Shown in pieces: positions 36,957 through 45,945 of a DNA stretch of 64,000 nucleotides. The stretch's first letter is position 1. Each line of letters opens with the position of its first letter. The stretch comes from Candidatus Eiseniibacteriota bacterium (lineage in GTDB: Bacteria > Eisenbacteria > RBG-16-71-46 > CAIMUX01 > VGJL01), in the NCBI GenBank assembly GCA_963792585.1, contig CAWBWI010000003.1, positions 934,299 through 998,298 of the forward strand, read 5' to 3'. The translations under genes and the position numbers were made by a program. The notes beneath the pieces are model-generated. The model worked only from the letters and a program-made list of their open reading frames with translations, made no database searches and was not told the DNA's origin.

Positions 36957-37187
36957 ATGGCAACTGTCGAGATCGACGCCAGGGGCCTCAAGTGCCCGAT
37001 CCCCGTGCTCAAGATGACGAACCTGGTCATGGCGAAGAAGATCAACGCCGGTGACACCATGGTCGTGACAGCGGACTGCCCGACGTTCGAGAAGGATGTC
37101 CGGCAGTGGTGCCAGACCATGAAGAAGACTCTGATCGTCCTTCGCGACGAAGGAAACAACGTCAAGCACGCGGAGGTTCGGATCTGA
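36957..37187 (+). CDS. tusA: TusA/SirA family sulfur-carrier protein
   Basis: 76 aa, IDARGLKCPIPVLK (CPxP active-site Cys). GGAGG upstream. Confidence 0.8.
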   Translation: MATVEIDARGLKCPIPVLKMTNLVMAKKINAGDTMVVTADCPTFEKDVRQWCQTMKKTLIVLRDEGNNVKHAEVRI

Positions 37188-37399
37188 CGCAGTAATTCCG
37201 ATAATTGTACCGCACCGACCCAACCCCCATCGGGAAGCCTGCGGAACCCTGACTGGGCGGCAGTACATGAGCGTCCCGTAGTGCTCGATCGAAGCGCGAG
37301 GACCGCGGTTCTCGAGCCGCTCCTCACGGAAATACGCTGTTGCCGTTCAAGGTGATCATGAACAGACGCCGCCGGCGCGAATACGCAAGGAGATGGTCC

Positions 37400-39508
37400 A
37401 TGCGAGGTTTGAAGGATTTGGGGGTCCGTCAGAAGCTGATCCCGCTGATCGGGATCTTTTGCATCGGGTTCGTGTCGTATTCGATGTTCTCCTACCGGAC
37501 GCAAAACCTGGTCAAGGTCAATGGACCCACCTACGAGCGGATCGTCCAGGGCAAGGACTTGCTTGCGGACATCCTGCCTCCGCCAGGGTACCTGGTGGAG
37601 TCGTACATGGTTGTCCTGCAACTGACGCAGGAGACGGATGCGCGCGCCCGGGGAGAAATGGTCGACCATCTCACTCGACTCGAAGCAGAATACAACGCGC
37701 GACACGACTACTGGAACGGCGAGTTGGATCGGGGAACGCTGAAGGAGACGCTGACCTCCACCGCGCACGCCCCCGCGATGGCATTCTGGAGGACCGTGCA
37801 CTCCGACTTCCTCCCGGCGATCCTGAGAGGCGACCGGGCGAAGGCCGAGGAGGTGGTCCAGGGTCCTCTCAAGGCCCAGTACGAGGAGCACCGTCGCGCG
37901 GTCGACGAGGTGGTTCGCATGGCGGCCGCGCGCAATCTGGAAGACGAGAAGCGCGCCGCGATGACCATTCGGCAAGGTTCGATCACCTTGCTCCTGCTCG
38001 GGATCGTCTTCGTGGGGCTGATCCTCGGCATGAGCTGGGTGATCACGGAGGGGATCGCCAAACCGCTCCGGCAAGCGCGGGAAGTGCTGCGGGCCGTCGC
38101 GGTCGGCGATCTCGAGCAGAATCTGGCCTATGACGGTCGGGATGAGATCGGAGATCTGGCCCAGTCGATTCGCAGCCTCGGGACCAGTTCGCGGGAGCAG
38201 GCGGAGCTGGCTCGGAGGTTGGCGGAGGGCGACCTCTCGGTTCAGGTCTCGGCCCGCTCGGAGCGGGACATTCAGGTGCAGAGCTTCCAGCGAATGGTCG
38301 TGACCCTGAGAGAGTTGACTTCCGAGATTGGAACACTCAATCGGGCTGCCGTGGAAGGACGGCTCTCGGTGCGCGGAGATGCTGGCAAGTTCGATGGTGG
38401 GTATCGCGAAATCGTCCAGGGTATCAACGACACGCTCGACGCGACCGTACGACCAACGCAGGAGGCGGCGGGAGTCCTGTCCCAGCTGGCTGCACGAGAC
38501 CTTTCCGCGCGAATGCACGGCGACTATCAGGGCGAGCACGCCATGCTGAAGGAATCACTCAACCAGGCGGTGCAGAACCTGGACGACGCTTTCTACCAGG
38601 TCGCTGGGACCATCGACCAGGTGGCCGCGGCCGCGGCCGAGGTCGGATCCGGCAGCCACTCCGTGGCCGCAGGCGCGAGCGAGCAGGCCAGCACCCTGGA
38701 GGAGATCGCCAGCAGTCTTCAGATGATGTCCGCCATCACCCAGCAGGGCGGGGTCAACGCAAAGGAGGCGCATCAGCTAGCGGGGTGCACACAAGGGAGC
38801 GCCAAGGACGGATTGGAGACGATGCATCGGATGAGTGGAGCGATGGAGAAGATCAAGAACTCCTCCGATTCCACCGCGAAAATCATCCGAACCATTGATG
38901 AGATCGCCTTCCAGACCAATTTGCTTGCCCTGAACGCGGCGGTGGAGGCCGCTCGGGCTGGGGACGCCGGCAAGGGATTCGCGGTCGTTGCGGAGGAGGT
39001 TCGGAACCTGGCCATGCGAAGCGCTCGAGCGGCCAAGGACACGGCGGACTTGATCGAGGAGTCGGTAGGCAACACCGAGGGGGGCGTGAGCCTGAACAAG
39101 GAGGTGTTGTCGGGTTTGGAGGAAATCACCGGCCAAACGACACGCGTGGGCGAGGTCATGCAGGAAATGGTGGTCTCCTCGGAAGAGCAGCAGACCGCGA
39201 TCGAGCAGATCACTCAGGCGGTGGCCCAACTGAGTCAAGTGACCCAGCAGAACGCCGCGAGTTCGGAAGAGTCGGCCTCTGCCGCGCAAGAACTCTCGAG
39301 CCAGACTCAGGAGCTGCGCTCGGCCATCGGCCAGTTCTCCCTGACTTCCCATGCTCCCGGCCGATCGGGGACGACCCAGGCATCCTCGGGCTCGGCTCCG
39401 CGCCCTCAGAAGGCGCGGATCGTGCCCTTCAAGGGCCGGGAGCGCCAAGCCCCGGCGGCAGGGGACACCCTCGACGACGAAGACCGGAGGGCTCTGGGCA
39501 GCTTCTGA
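37400..39508 (+). CDS. methyl-accepting chemotaxis protein
   Basis: AAGGAG 7 nt before the ATG at 37400. N-terminal TM, HAMP-like repeats, and the signalling core [38 protein letters not shown]. Confidence 0.85.
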   Translation: MRGLKDLGVRQKLIPLIGIFCIGFVSYSMFSYRTQNLVKVNGPTYERIVQGKDLLADILPPPGYLVESYMVVLQLTQETDARARGEMVDHLTRLEAEYNARHDYWNGELDRGTLKETLTSTAHAPAMAFWRTVHSDFLPAILRGDRAKAEEVVQGPLKAQYEEHRRAVDEVVRMAAARNLEDEKRAAMTIRQGSITLLLLGIVFVGLILGMSWVITEGIAKPLRQAREVLRAVAVGDLEQNLAYDGRDEIGDLAQSIRSLGTSSREQAELARRLAEGDLSVQVSARSERDIQVQSFQRMVVTLRELTSEIGTLNRAAVEGRLSVRGDAGKFDGGYREIVQGINDTLDATVRPTQEAAGVLSQLAARDLSARMHGDYQGEHAMLKESLNQAVQNLDDAFYQVAGTIDQVAAAAAEVGSGSHSVAAGASEQASTLEEIASSLQMMSAITQQGGVNAKEAHQLAGCTQGSAKDGLETMHRMSGAMEKIKNSSDSTAKIIRTIDEIAFQTNLLALNAAVEAARAGDAGKGFAVVAEEVRNLAMRSARAAKDTADLIEESVGNTEGGVSLNKEVLSGLEEITGQTTRVGEVMQEMVVSSEEQQTAIEQITQAVAQLSQVTQQNAASSEESASAAQELSSQTQELRSAIGQFSLTSHAPGRSGTTQASSGSAPRPQKARIVPFKGRERQAPAAGDTLDDEDRRALGSF

Positions 39509-39634
39509 CGGGGTCTTACCGGTGATGGCGCGAGGCCACCGCCCCACCCGTGTCATACGGAATCCAAGGAGCTTCTGGGCCGCACCGGATTAGGGCCGCC
39601 ACGCCTCGTGTGGCGGACGGCGACCAGCGACGAC

Positions 39635-39667
39635 AACGCCCCCACCCGGGACCGGGTTGGGGGCGTT
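39635..39667. terminator. GC-rich hairpin between convergent genes
   Basis: AACGCCCCCACCC-gggacc-GGGTTGGGGGCGTT (13-bp stem with one bulge) between the MCP stop (39508) and the LVIVD stop (39694). No U-tract. Confidence 0.45.
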
Positions 39668-39693
39668 CGCCTGAACCACCAAACTCGCCACTG

Positions 39694-41925
39694 TCAATCG
39701 ATGCGCACGAGACGAACCGATTCCGCTTGGCCACCGCAGCGCAACCGCGCGAAGTAAATCCCACTGGGGACCCGGACGCCGCCCTCGTTGCGGCCGTCCC
39801 AGGAGAGGTCGGAAACGCCCGCCGGCATCGTCCCGTCGTGCAGCACCCGCGCTTCCCGGCCCTGGACATCATGGACCGAGAGGCGCACCGACATGGTCGT
39901 AGGCAGGTCGAGCCGCAGCACGGAGGGACCCGTCGACGGGTTGGTCATCGCGCTCAAGATCCTCGTCTCGGCCGCCACTCCGTCCTCCGCTCCGGCCGTG
40001 AACCTATGCCGGGGCATGAGGATCAGTCCCTGGGCGCGATCGCTCAGTACGATGCAGTTGGACGCCAGCGCCACGCGAGTCGCACCCGCTGCATGCTGAC
40101 CCTCGCGGAAGCCGATGTACGAGCCGCCGATCACATAAGGATGCGACGGGTCCGAGACATTGATGATGTAGATCCCTCCGCCGGCATCGCAACTGACATA
40201 GGCGATATCACCTTCGATCTGCACACCGCCCGCGCTGTTCGGTCTCTGTGCAAACGGCATCGTCTCCAAGGTTACCGGGTTCTCCGGGTTGGTGATGTCG
40301 ACGAACCACAGCTCCCCGCCCCACAAAGTCAGCAGCGCGAGGTTTCCGGACACCGCCATCGCCTCGGCGTACGGGACATCCTGGCCGTCCAAGGAAGCGA
40401 TCTGGATCGGGGAGCTGGGATCGCTCACGTCGGCAACCACGAAAGTGGCGTCCACGGCCACGTAGAGATAGGAACCCTGCGCGGCGATTTCGCGGACTTC
40501 CCCCGTGGTCGGCAGCATACCGAGCGTGGTCGGGCTGCACGGGTCGGTCACATCGACCAGGTAGACGTTTCCCGATCGTGGCGCGACAAAGAGAGTGTTC
40601 CCCTCCAGGGCGATGTGGTCGGTAACGGCGTACTGAGGATCTTGCGCGCACCAATGGACGAAGTTCGGATTGAGCAGCCGACCGTAGTGGAGTCGTTGAA
40701 AACCGCAAGCGAACATCGCGCTCGGTGTGACTTCGAGATCCGCGAATGCGTCCGCCAGGGGAATCCACCCGGTCGTGATCGGATTGCGCGGATCCGATGC
40801 GTCGACGACGCGAATCGAACCGCTCGGGTCGGTGAGGTAGATGCGGTTTCCGAGGACGTCCATGCCACTGAATCCGTCACCCTGGAGCAGGACCTCTCCG
40901 AGCGCATGGTCTTCGAGATTGACCCCACGATAGACCTCCAATAGCCCACCGCCCGAGTAGTAGGCGCGAATGAAGCACGCGCCGCCACCCTCGATCATGG
41001 CCAGATCCTCACCGCCGATGAGCTGCGTGCGCAGCACGGTCACGTCCCCAGGGTCCGAAACGTCGAGGATCGTCATCTGGCCATACTCGCCGACGGTGTA
41101 CGCCACGTTCCCCTGGAGGACGATCCGGACGGGAGAGTCGATTTCTGAGATCCCACCCGCCCGGACCGGATGGCTTGGGTCCGTTACGTCGAAGTTGAAC
41201 ATGCCCGACGTTGGCTCGGTGCTACAGGTGCGATAGCCGACATAGACCCGTCCGGCGGCCATCGCGACCCCGTGCACTTCACATTCGACATAGGTGCTCG
41301 AGAGTTGATGGGGAACGGAAGGATCCGCGAAGTCCACGAGGATCATGTCGCTGAACGAGGTGAGGCAGACGAGATCATCGTCGACCGCCATATTGTCAAT
41401 GGCATACGCCGGCGCGAACGTGGCGAGAAGGGCGGGAGCGGTCGGCACGGAGACGTCGACCACGCGCAGCCGATCCAACGACTCCCGGATGTATGCCCGA
41501 TTGCCACTGAGGGCGATCTGAACCGCCTCCGTTGGGTCCCCGAGTGTTCCTACAATTGCGGGGGAGCCCGGATCGCTCACATCGATGACGAGAAGGCCCG
41601 CGCCCCCGGACACGACATAGGCAAAGCCGTCTCGCACGACCAGGTCGGCGGGCGAGCCCGGCAGATTCAGCGTTCCGACGTGCGTTGGAGCGCCTGGGCC
41701 TGCAACATCCATTGCCTCGAGCCCCTGCGGAAGCAGAATGAAGGCGATTCCTCCGTCTTCATCTACGGCCCGGGGTACTTGATCGAACGACACGCTGCTC
41801 GACCAATGAAACAGGGTCGAGTAGTCGATGCTCTCCGCGCGTGGTGATTGTGTCAGCGCGCCTCCCGCCACGACGATCGCGGCAACGATGAGCGCGATGC
41901 GACACTTCTGAAACGGGGCATTCAT
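39694..41925 (-). CDS. LVIVD-repeat beta-propeller protein with FlgD-Ig/T9SS-type C-terminal domain
   Basis: Repeated ..AYVV..GAGLLVIDVSDPGSPAIVG.. units. Signal peptide (RIALIVAAIVVAGG), then RAESIDY. C-terminus VRLSVHDVQGREARVL..LSWDGRNEGGVRVPSGIYFARL. The start could be the GTG at 41934. Confidence 0.75.
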   Translation of the reverse strand: MNAPFQKCRIALIVAAIVVAGGALTQSPRAESIDYSTLFHWSSSVSFDQVPRAVDEDGGIAFILLPQGLEAMDVAGPGAPTHVGTLNLPGSPADLVVRDGFAYVVSGGAGLLVIDVSDPGSPAIVGTLGDPTEAVQIALSGNRAYIRESLDRLRVVDVSVPTAPALLATFAPAYAIDNMAVDDDLVCLTSFSDMILVDFADPSVPHQLSSTYVECEVHGVAMAAGRVYVGYRTCSTEPTSGMFNFDVTDPSHPVRAGGISEIDSPVRIVLQGNVAYTVGEYGQMTILDVSDPGDVTVLRTQLIGGEDLAMIEGGGACFIRAYYSGGGLLEVYRGVNLEDHALGEVLLQGDGFSGMDVLGNRIYLTDPSGSIRVVDASDPRNPITTGWIPLADAFADLEVTPSAMFACGFQRLHYGRLLNPNFVHWCAQDPQYAVTDHIALEGNTLFVAPRSGNVYLVDVTDPCSPTTLGMLPTTGEVREIAAQGSYLYVAVDATFVVADVSDPSSPIQIASLDGQDVPYAEAMAVSGNLALLTLWGGELWFVDITNPENPVTLETMPFAQRPNSAGGVQIEGDIAYVSCDAGGGIYIINVSDPSHPYVIGGSYIGFREGQHAAGATRVALASNCIVLSDRAQGLILMPRHRFTAGAEDGVAAETRILSAMTNPSTGPSVLRLDLPTTMSVRLSVHDVQGREARVLHDGTMPAGVSDLSWDGRNEGGVRVPSGIYFARLRCGGQAESVRLVRID

Positions 41926-41982
41926 TGCGGTCACGGCGTCCTCCTCTCCCGTCCGGGTGGACACGCATCTTAGTCCGAGGGA

Positions 41983-41988
41983 ATTATA
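41983..41988 (-). promoter_or_regulatory. perfect TATAAT -10 box on the minus strand upstream of the LVIVD gene
   Basis: The plus strand reads attata at 41983-41988. I found no good -35. It is preceded by the hairpin CTTGCCG-gcg-CGGCAAG (41991-42007). Confidence 0.3.
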
Positions 41989-42093
41989 GGCTTGCCGGCG
42001 CGGCAAGTACAGACAACGACGAAGCCGTCCGATGCCAGCCAGGATGGGGTTCTCGGTGATGAAGTTCTTGGGGCGACAGCCCCCAACCTCGGG

Positions 42094-42109
42094 TCACGAG
42101 ATCTCGTGA
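42094..42109. repeat. perfect 16-bp palindrome TCACGAGATCTCGTGA
   Basis: Read directly, 25 nt downstream of the aminotransferase stop. Could be an RNA hairpin or a protein binding site. Confidence 0.6.
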
Positions 42110-42134
42110 GGAATCGAAAACGCTGTGTGACTCT

Positions 42135-43616
42135 CTATAGGAGGATCATTCTACGCGTCTGGCTCACCTCCGCGGCGCCCAGTCTATAGAAGTAGCACCC
42201 CGCCGGGACACGGCGGCCTCTCTCGTCGAGGCGATCCCACTGCGCATCGAAGAATCCGGGCGCGCGTTCCGCATCGACCACTGTCCGTAGCAAGCGTCCC
42301 TGCGCGTCGAAGATGCGCAGTTGGACCTGCGACGGCCGCCCAATCGAATAGACGATCCGGGTCGAGGAGATCACCGGATTCGGGTAGTTACCGTACAGGG
42401 CCGTAATCCGAGGGGAGGTCTCGCTCGCGACACCCGAAGGGCCAAGGATCTCGCGAAGCGCTGTGATGAACGCCTGCATGTCCTCCATGGTCCCCGTGGA
42501 GACGCGCAGGTGCTGCGACATTCCCCACCCGGTGCGCACATTGATGCCCCTGGCCGCCAGTTCCGCCGCCACTGGGCCTGCGCTTCTGCCGACGTTCACC
42601 ATGAAGAAGTTCGTCTCCGAAGGGATGTAGGTCAGACCCATGGAGCCGAACTCGGCGAAGCAGTAAGCCTTGGCCTGATCGTTGAGGGACACGGTGTCGC
42701 TGATGTGCAGGCTGTCGTTGAGGGCCGCCCTGGATGCGTCCAGCGCCGGCCGGGAAACGGTTCCCCAGGTCTGCCATGCGCCGGCGGCGGCCATCCGATT
42801 CGCGGGGCCGACGGCATATCCGACCCGCACCCCCGCCAGGCCGAAGATCTTGGAGAAGGTGCGGATGACGACGACGTCCTTCCCCTGGCGCACGAGTTCG
42901 ACGGCCGAGGTGTAATTGGGATCGTGCACGTACTCGTGATAGGCCTCGTCGATGACCGTCACGACCCCCGACGGGAGGGAGTTCACGAAGGAGGCGACAG
43001 CGGACGCGGACAGAGCGGTCGCGGTGGGATTGTTGGGGTTCGTGAGGCCCACCGCGAAGGTGCCGCCGTCGACCTGCGAGGCCATGGCGTTCAGGTTGAT
43101 GCGATGATTCGCGTCCAGCGGCACATAGCGGACGCTCGCGCCCATGAATGCGCAATCGGTGTCGAACTGCCCGTAGGAAGGGACCGGATAGATGACGTTT
43201 CCTCCCGGCTCGGCGAATCCCAGCGCGCAGAGGTGCAGCATCTCCGTGCCCCCGCAGCCGGCCAGTATTTGAGCGGTGCCCACCTGGTGAATGCCGGCCA
43301 GATCCTGACGGAGGGACTCGGCGTACCAGTCGGAATATCGGTGCCCGAGATCCAGGCCTTCGCTCATGGCCGCCCGGGCCAGAGGCGAAGGTCCTAGAGG
43401 GTTCTCGTTGTAGCAGAGGCGGCCGATGTAGTCGCGCCACAGATCGACTGCGGCGGGCCCTGCGGGCGACGTTTGGGTGAGGAGCTGCGTTGCCCCCGAC
43501 GCCGGTGCAAGGGGCAATTCGCTCAGTGCGAGGGCCGCGGTCCCCGCGGCCAGGCCGAAGAAGTTGCGGCGAGAGATACCGTGCGGTTCTCCAGAGGGGG
43601 GAGGGAACGCGTTCAT
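42135..43616 (-). CDS. class I/II PLP aminotransferase (HisC-like) with Tat signal and FlgD-Ig/T9SS-type C-terminal domain
   Basis: SRRNFFGLAAGTAALAL twin-arginine signal. NENPLGPSP, TNPNNPT, SKIFGLAGVRVGY (PLP Lys). C-terminal YPNPV..VQLRIFDAQGRLLRTVV..WDRLDERGRRVPAGCYFYRL. AAAGGAG before the ATG. Confidence 0.8.
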   Translation of the reverse strand: MNAFPPPSGEPHGISRRNFFGLAAGTAALALSELPLAPASGATQLLTQTSPAGPAAVDLWRDYIGRLCYNENPLGPSPLARAAMSEGLDLGHRYSDWYAESLRQDLAGIHQVGTAQILAGCGGTEMLHLCALGFAEPGGNVIYPVPSYGQFDTDCAFMGASVRYVPLDANHRINLNAMASQVDGGTFAVGLTNPNNPTATALSASAVASFVNSLPSGVVTVIDEAYHEYVHDPNYTSAVELVRQGKDVVVIRTFSKIFGLAGVRVGYAVGPANRMAAAGAWQTWGTVSRPALDASRAALNDSLHISDTVSLNDQAKAYCFAEFGSMGLTYIPSETNFFMVNVGRSAGPVAAELAARGINVRTGWGMSQHLRVSTGTMEDMQAFITALREILGPSGVASETSPRITALYGNYPNPVISSTRIVYSIGRPSQVQLRIFDAQGRLLRTVVDAERAPGFFDAQWDRLDERGRRVPAGCYFYRLGAAEVSQTRRMILL

Positions 43617-43776
43617 GGTGGCTCCTTTCGGCTATGAGCCCCTCGGCATCGTTTCAGCTCCGGCCCGTGCGCGGCTTCGCTCCGGCCGCATCCCAACCGG
43701 AGCGGACGCTGAACCATGATATACCTTGCCGCGGCGGTCGGAGAGCAGGGAGATCGGGAGTGTCATCCGGCCAAGG

Positions 43777-44787
43777 TCAAGCGCTCCCGCGCTTTCCCTT
43801 CCGCCACGCGCCGGGTGACAGGCCCGCGACCCGCTTGAAGGCCCTCGAGAAGGCGGCTTCGCTCTCGTAACCGACCTCGATCGCCACCTCGACCAGCTTC
43901 GCATTCGTGTCGCGCAGCAGCCCCGACGCCAGCTGCATGCGCCACTGGGCCAGATACTGCATCGGCGGCTGACCGATGAAGTGCACGAAGCGCTCGTGAA
44001 GCGACGATCGCGAGAGCCCCGCCTCCTCGCCCAGACGCTCGAGCGTCCAGGCCTCGGCGGGCCGCTCGTGAAGGATCGAGAGCGCGCGTCCTACGGCGGG
44101 ATCCCGCATCCCTGCGAGCCACCCCGTCTGCTCCGGCGGCAGGGAGTCGACGTAGCGGCGCAGGATCTCGACGAAGAGCATCTCACTCATCCGCTCGAGT
44201 ACCGCCTCGCCGCCGGGCCGCCGCGCGTTCGACTCGACGACGACGGCCCGCAGAAACGTCGTGACCCACGAGTCCGCTCCCAGTGCGCTCCCTGGAACCC
44301 GCAGGACGCGCGGGAGCGCCGCGAGCAGCGGATTGAAGGGCCGCGCATCGAGTCCTAGAAAGCCGCAAACGACCGTCGTCCGGTCGCGGCCGCCGCCTTC
44401 CAGGCGGGCAGTCGTCACCTCCGCCCCTTCCATGCTCAGCGCGTAAGGCAACTGGGGTGGACGCGGCGAAAAGAAGATCTTCGTATCGACGGTCGGCGCG
44501 CGCATTCCCGGCGCGCTCGACATCACGTGCGCGTCACCCTGTGGGAACAGGATGATGTCGCCCGCCTCCAGGCGATTCGGCGATTCCCCGGCGATCGCGC
44601 CCCAGCAGGAACCCTTGACGATCCCGTGGAACTCGATCATGTGCTCCGCGCCCGGCATGATGGCGGGGATGATCTCGCGCGCCTGGGGAGCTTCCGCCAC
44701 CCACGGTGGGGCGCCGTCGAGGTAATAGAAGACCGCACCATGAAGCCGCACGGCGCGGAGCAGATCGGAAAGAGTGTCTCCGCTCAT
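43777..44787 (-). CDS. AraC family transcriptional regulator (N-terminal cupin, C-terminal HTH)
   Basis: MSGDTLSDLLRAVRLHGAVFYYL.. (AraC-type cupin) and SLHERFVHFIGQPPMQYLAQWRMQLA (HTH). Start moved to the Met at 44787 behind AGGGGGA. Confidence 0.8.
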   Translation of the reverse strand: MSGDTLSDLLRAVRLHGAVFYYLDGAPPWVAEAPQAREIIPAIMPGAEHMIEFHGIVKGSCWGAIAGESPNRLEAGDIILFPQGDAHVMSSAPGMRAPTVDTKIFFSPRPPQLPYALSMEGAEVTTARLEGGGRDRTTVVCGFLGLDARPFNPLLAALPRVLRVPGSALGADSWVTTFLRAVVVESNARRPGGEAVLERMSEMLFVEILRRYVDSLPPEQTGWLAGMRDPAVGRALSILHERPAEAWTLERLGEEAGLSRSSLHERFVHFIGQPPMQYLAQWRMQLASGLLRDTNAKLVEVAIEVGYESEAAFSRAFKRVAGLSPGAWRKGKRGSA

Positions 44788-45017
44788 CGTTCCCCCTGGT
44801 CGGCCGGTGAATCTCGGCGGCGCGTGGCGGACGTTCGGCAATGGCCGGCGGACGACCGGTCATGGCGGCGGCGAAATCCGGACGCTCGATCAAGTTTTCC
44901 CGACGCGCGGTCAGACGTCAACGCCGCAACATCGGCATGCTTCTCCTGTGACCGCGGCCCCCCTCGGTGGGTCGTGAGATTCCCAAAACCCTTGATGAGA
45001 CAGGATGGAATCAAAGC

Positions 45018-45885
45018 ATGAATACCAAGACCCTCGACAATACAACGGTCCGCCCGCCCGCGCACCTCTCGAACCGGCCGGTGAATCCCGATCTGGAAGC
45101 GATCAAGGCCCGCCAGCAGGCGACGTGGGCCTCCGGCGACTTCGGCCAGATCGGCGTGCGGCTCCAGATGGTCGGCGAATCGCTCTGCGAAGCGGTCGAT
45201 CTCCTCGCTTTCGAGCGGGTGCTCGACGTTGCGGCCGGCAACGGCAACGCCTCGCTCGCGGCGGCGCGTCGATTCGCCGATGTCGTCTCGACCGACTATG
45301 TGCCCGATCTCCTCGAGCAGGCGCGGCGACGCGCCGAGGCCGATCGGCTTCCCATCACCTTCCAGATCGCCGACGCGGAGAACCTTCCCTTCGCCGACGA
45401 ACACTTCGACGTGGTCCTCTCGACCTACGGGGTCATGTTCGCGCCGAATCAGGAGCGCGCGGCGGCCGAGCTCCTGCGTATCGTCAGGCAGGGTGGGCGA
45501 ATCGGACTCGCAAACTGGACGCCCGAGGGCTTCATCGGGCAGCTCTTCAAGGTCGTGGCCTCGTTCGTGCCGCCGCCGGCAGGGCTGCGTTCGCCGATGG
45601 AGTGGGGGACGGAGACCCGACTGGTCGAGCTTTTCGGACCCCACGCCTCCGATATCCGCACGGAGCGGAAGAACTATCCGTTCCGATACGGCTCGGCCGA
45701 GCACTTCATCGACTTCTTCCGGAGCTTACTACGGACCGACGCACAAGGCGTTCGCCGCTCTCGACGAGGCGGGGCAGAAGGCGTTCCACGCCGCGCTGCT
45801 CGACTTCCTGCACGACCAGAATCGGTGCAAGGGCGCCGCGCTCGTCATTCCCGGTGAGTACCTGGAGGTCGTGGTGACGAAATAG
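45018..45885 (+). pseudogene. class I SAM-dependent methyltransferase interrupted by one frameshift near 45723
   Basis: VLDVAAGNGNASL motif I. The reading frame ends ..AEHFIDFFR and continues in the next frame as AYYGPTHKAFAALDEAGQKAFHAAL..EYLEVVVTK (tail of track ORF 45229..45885). Confidence 0.7.
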
Positions 45886-45890
45886 CATGG

Positions 45891-45928
45891 GCAGTGCGGA
45901 GAGGGAGCCCGGGCTCCCTCTCCACTGC
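45891..45928. terminator. long GC-rich hairpin between convergent genes
   Basis: GCAGTG-c-GGAGAGGGAGCCC / GGGCTCCCTCTCC-CACTGC, about 19 bp of stem with one bulge, between stops at 45885 (+) and 45946 (-). Confidence 0.55.
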
Positions 45929-45945
45929 GGAATCGCGGCCCCTTC

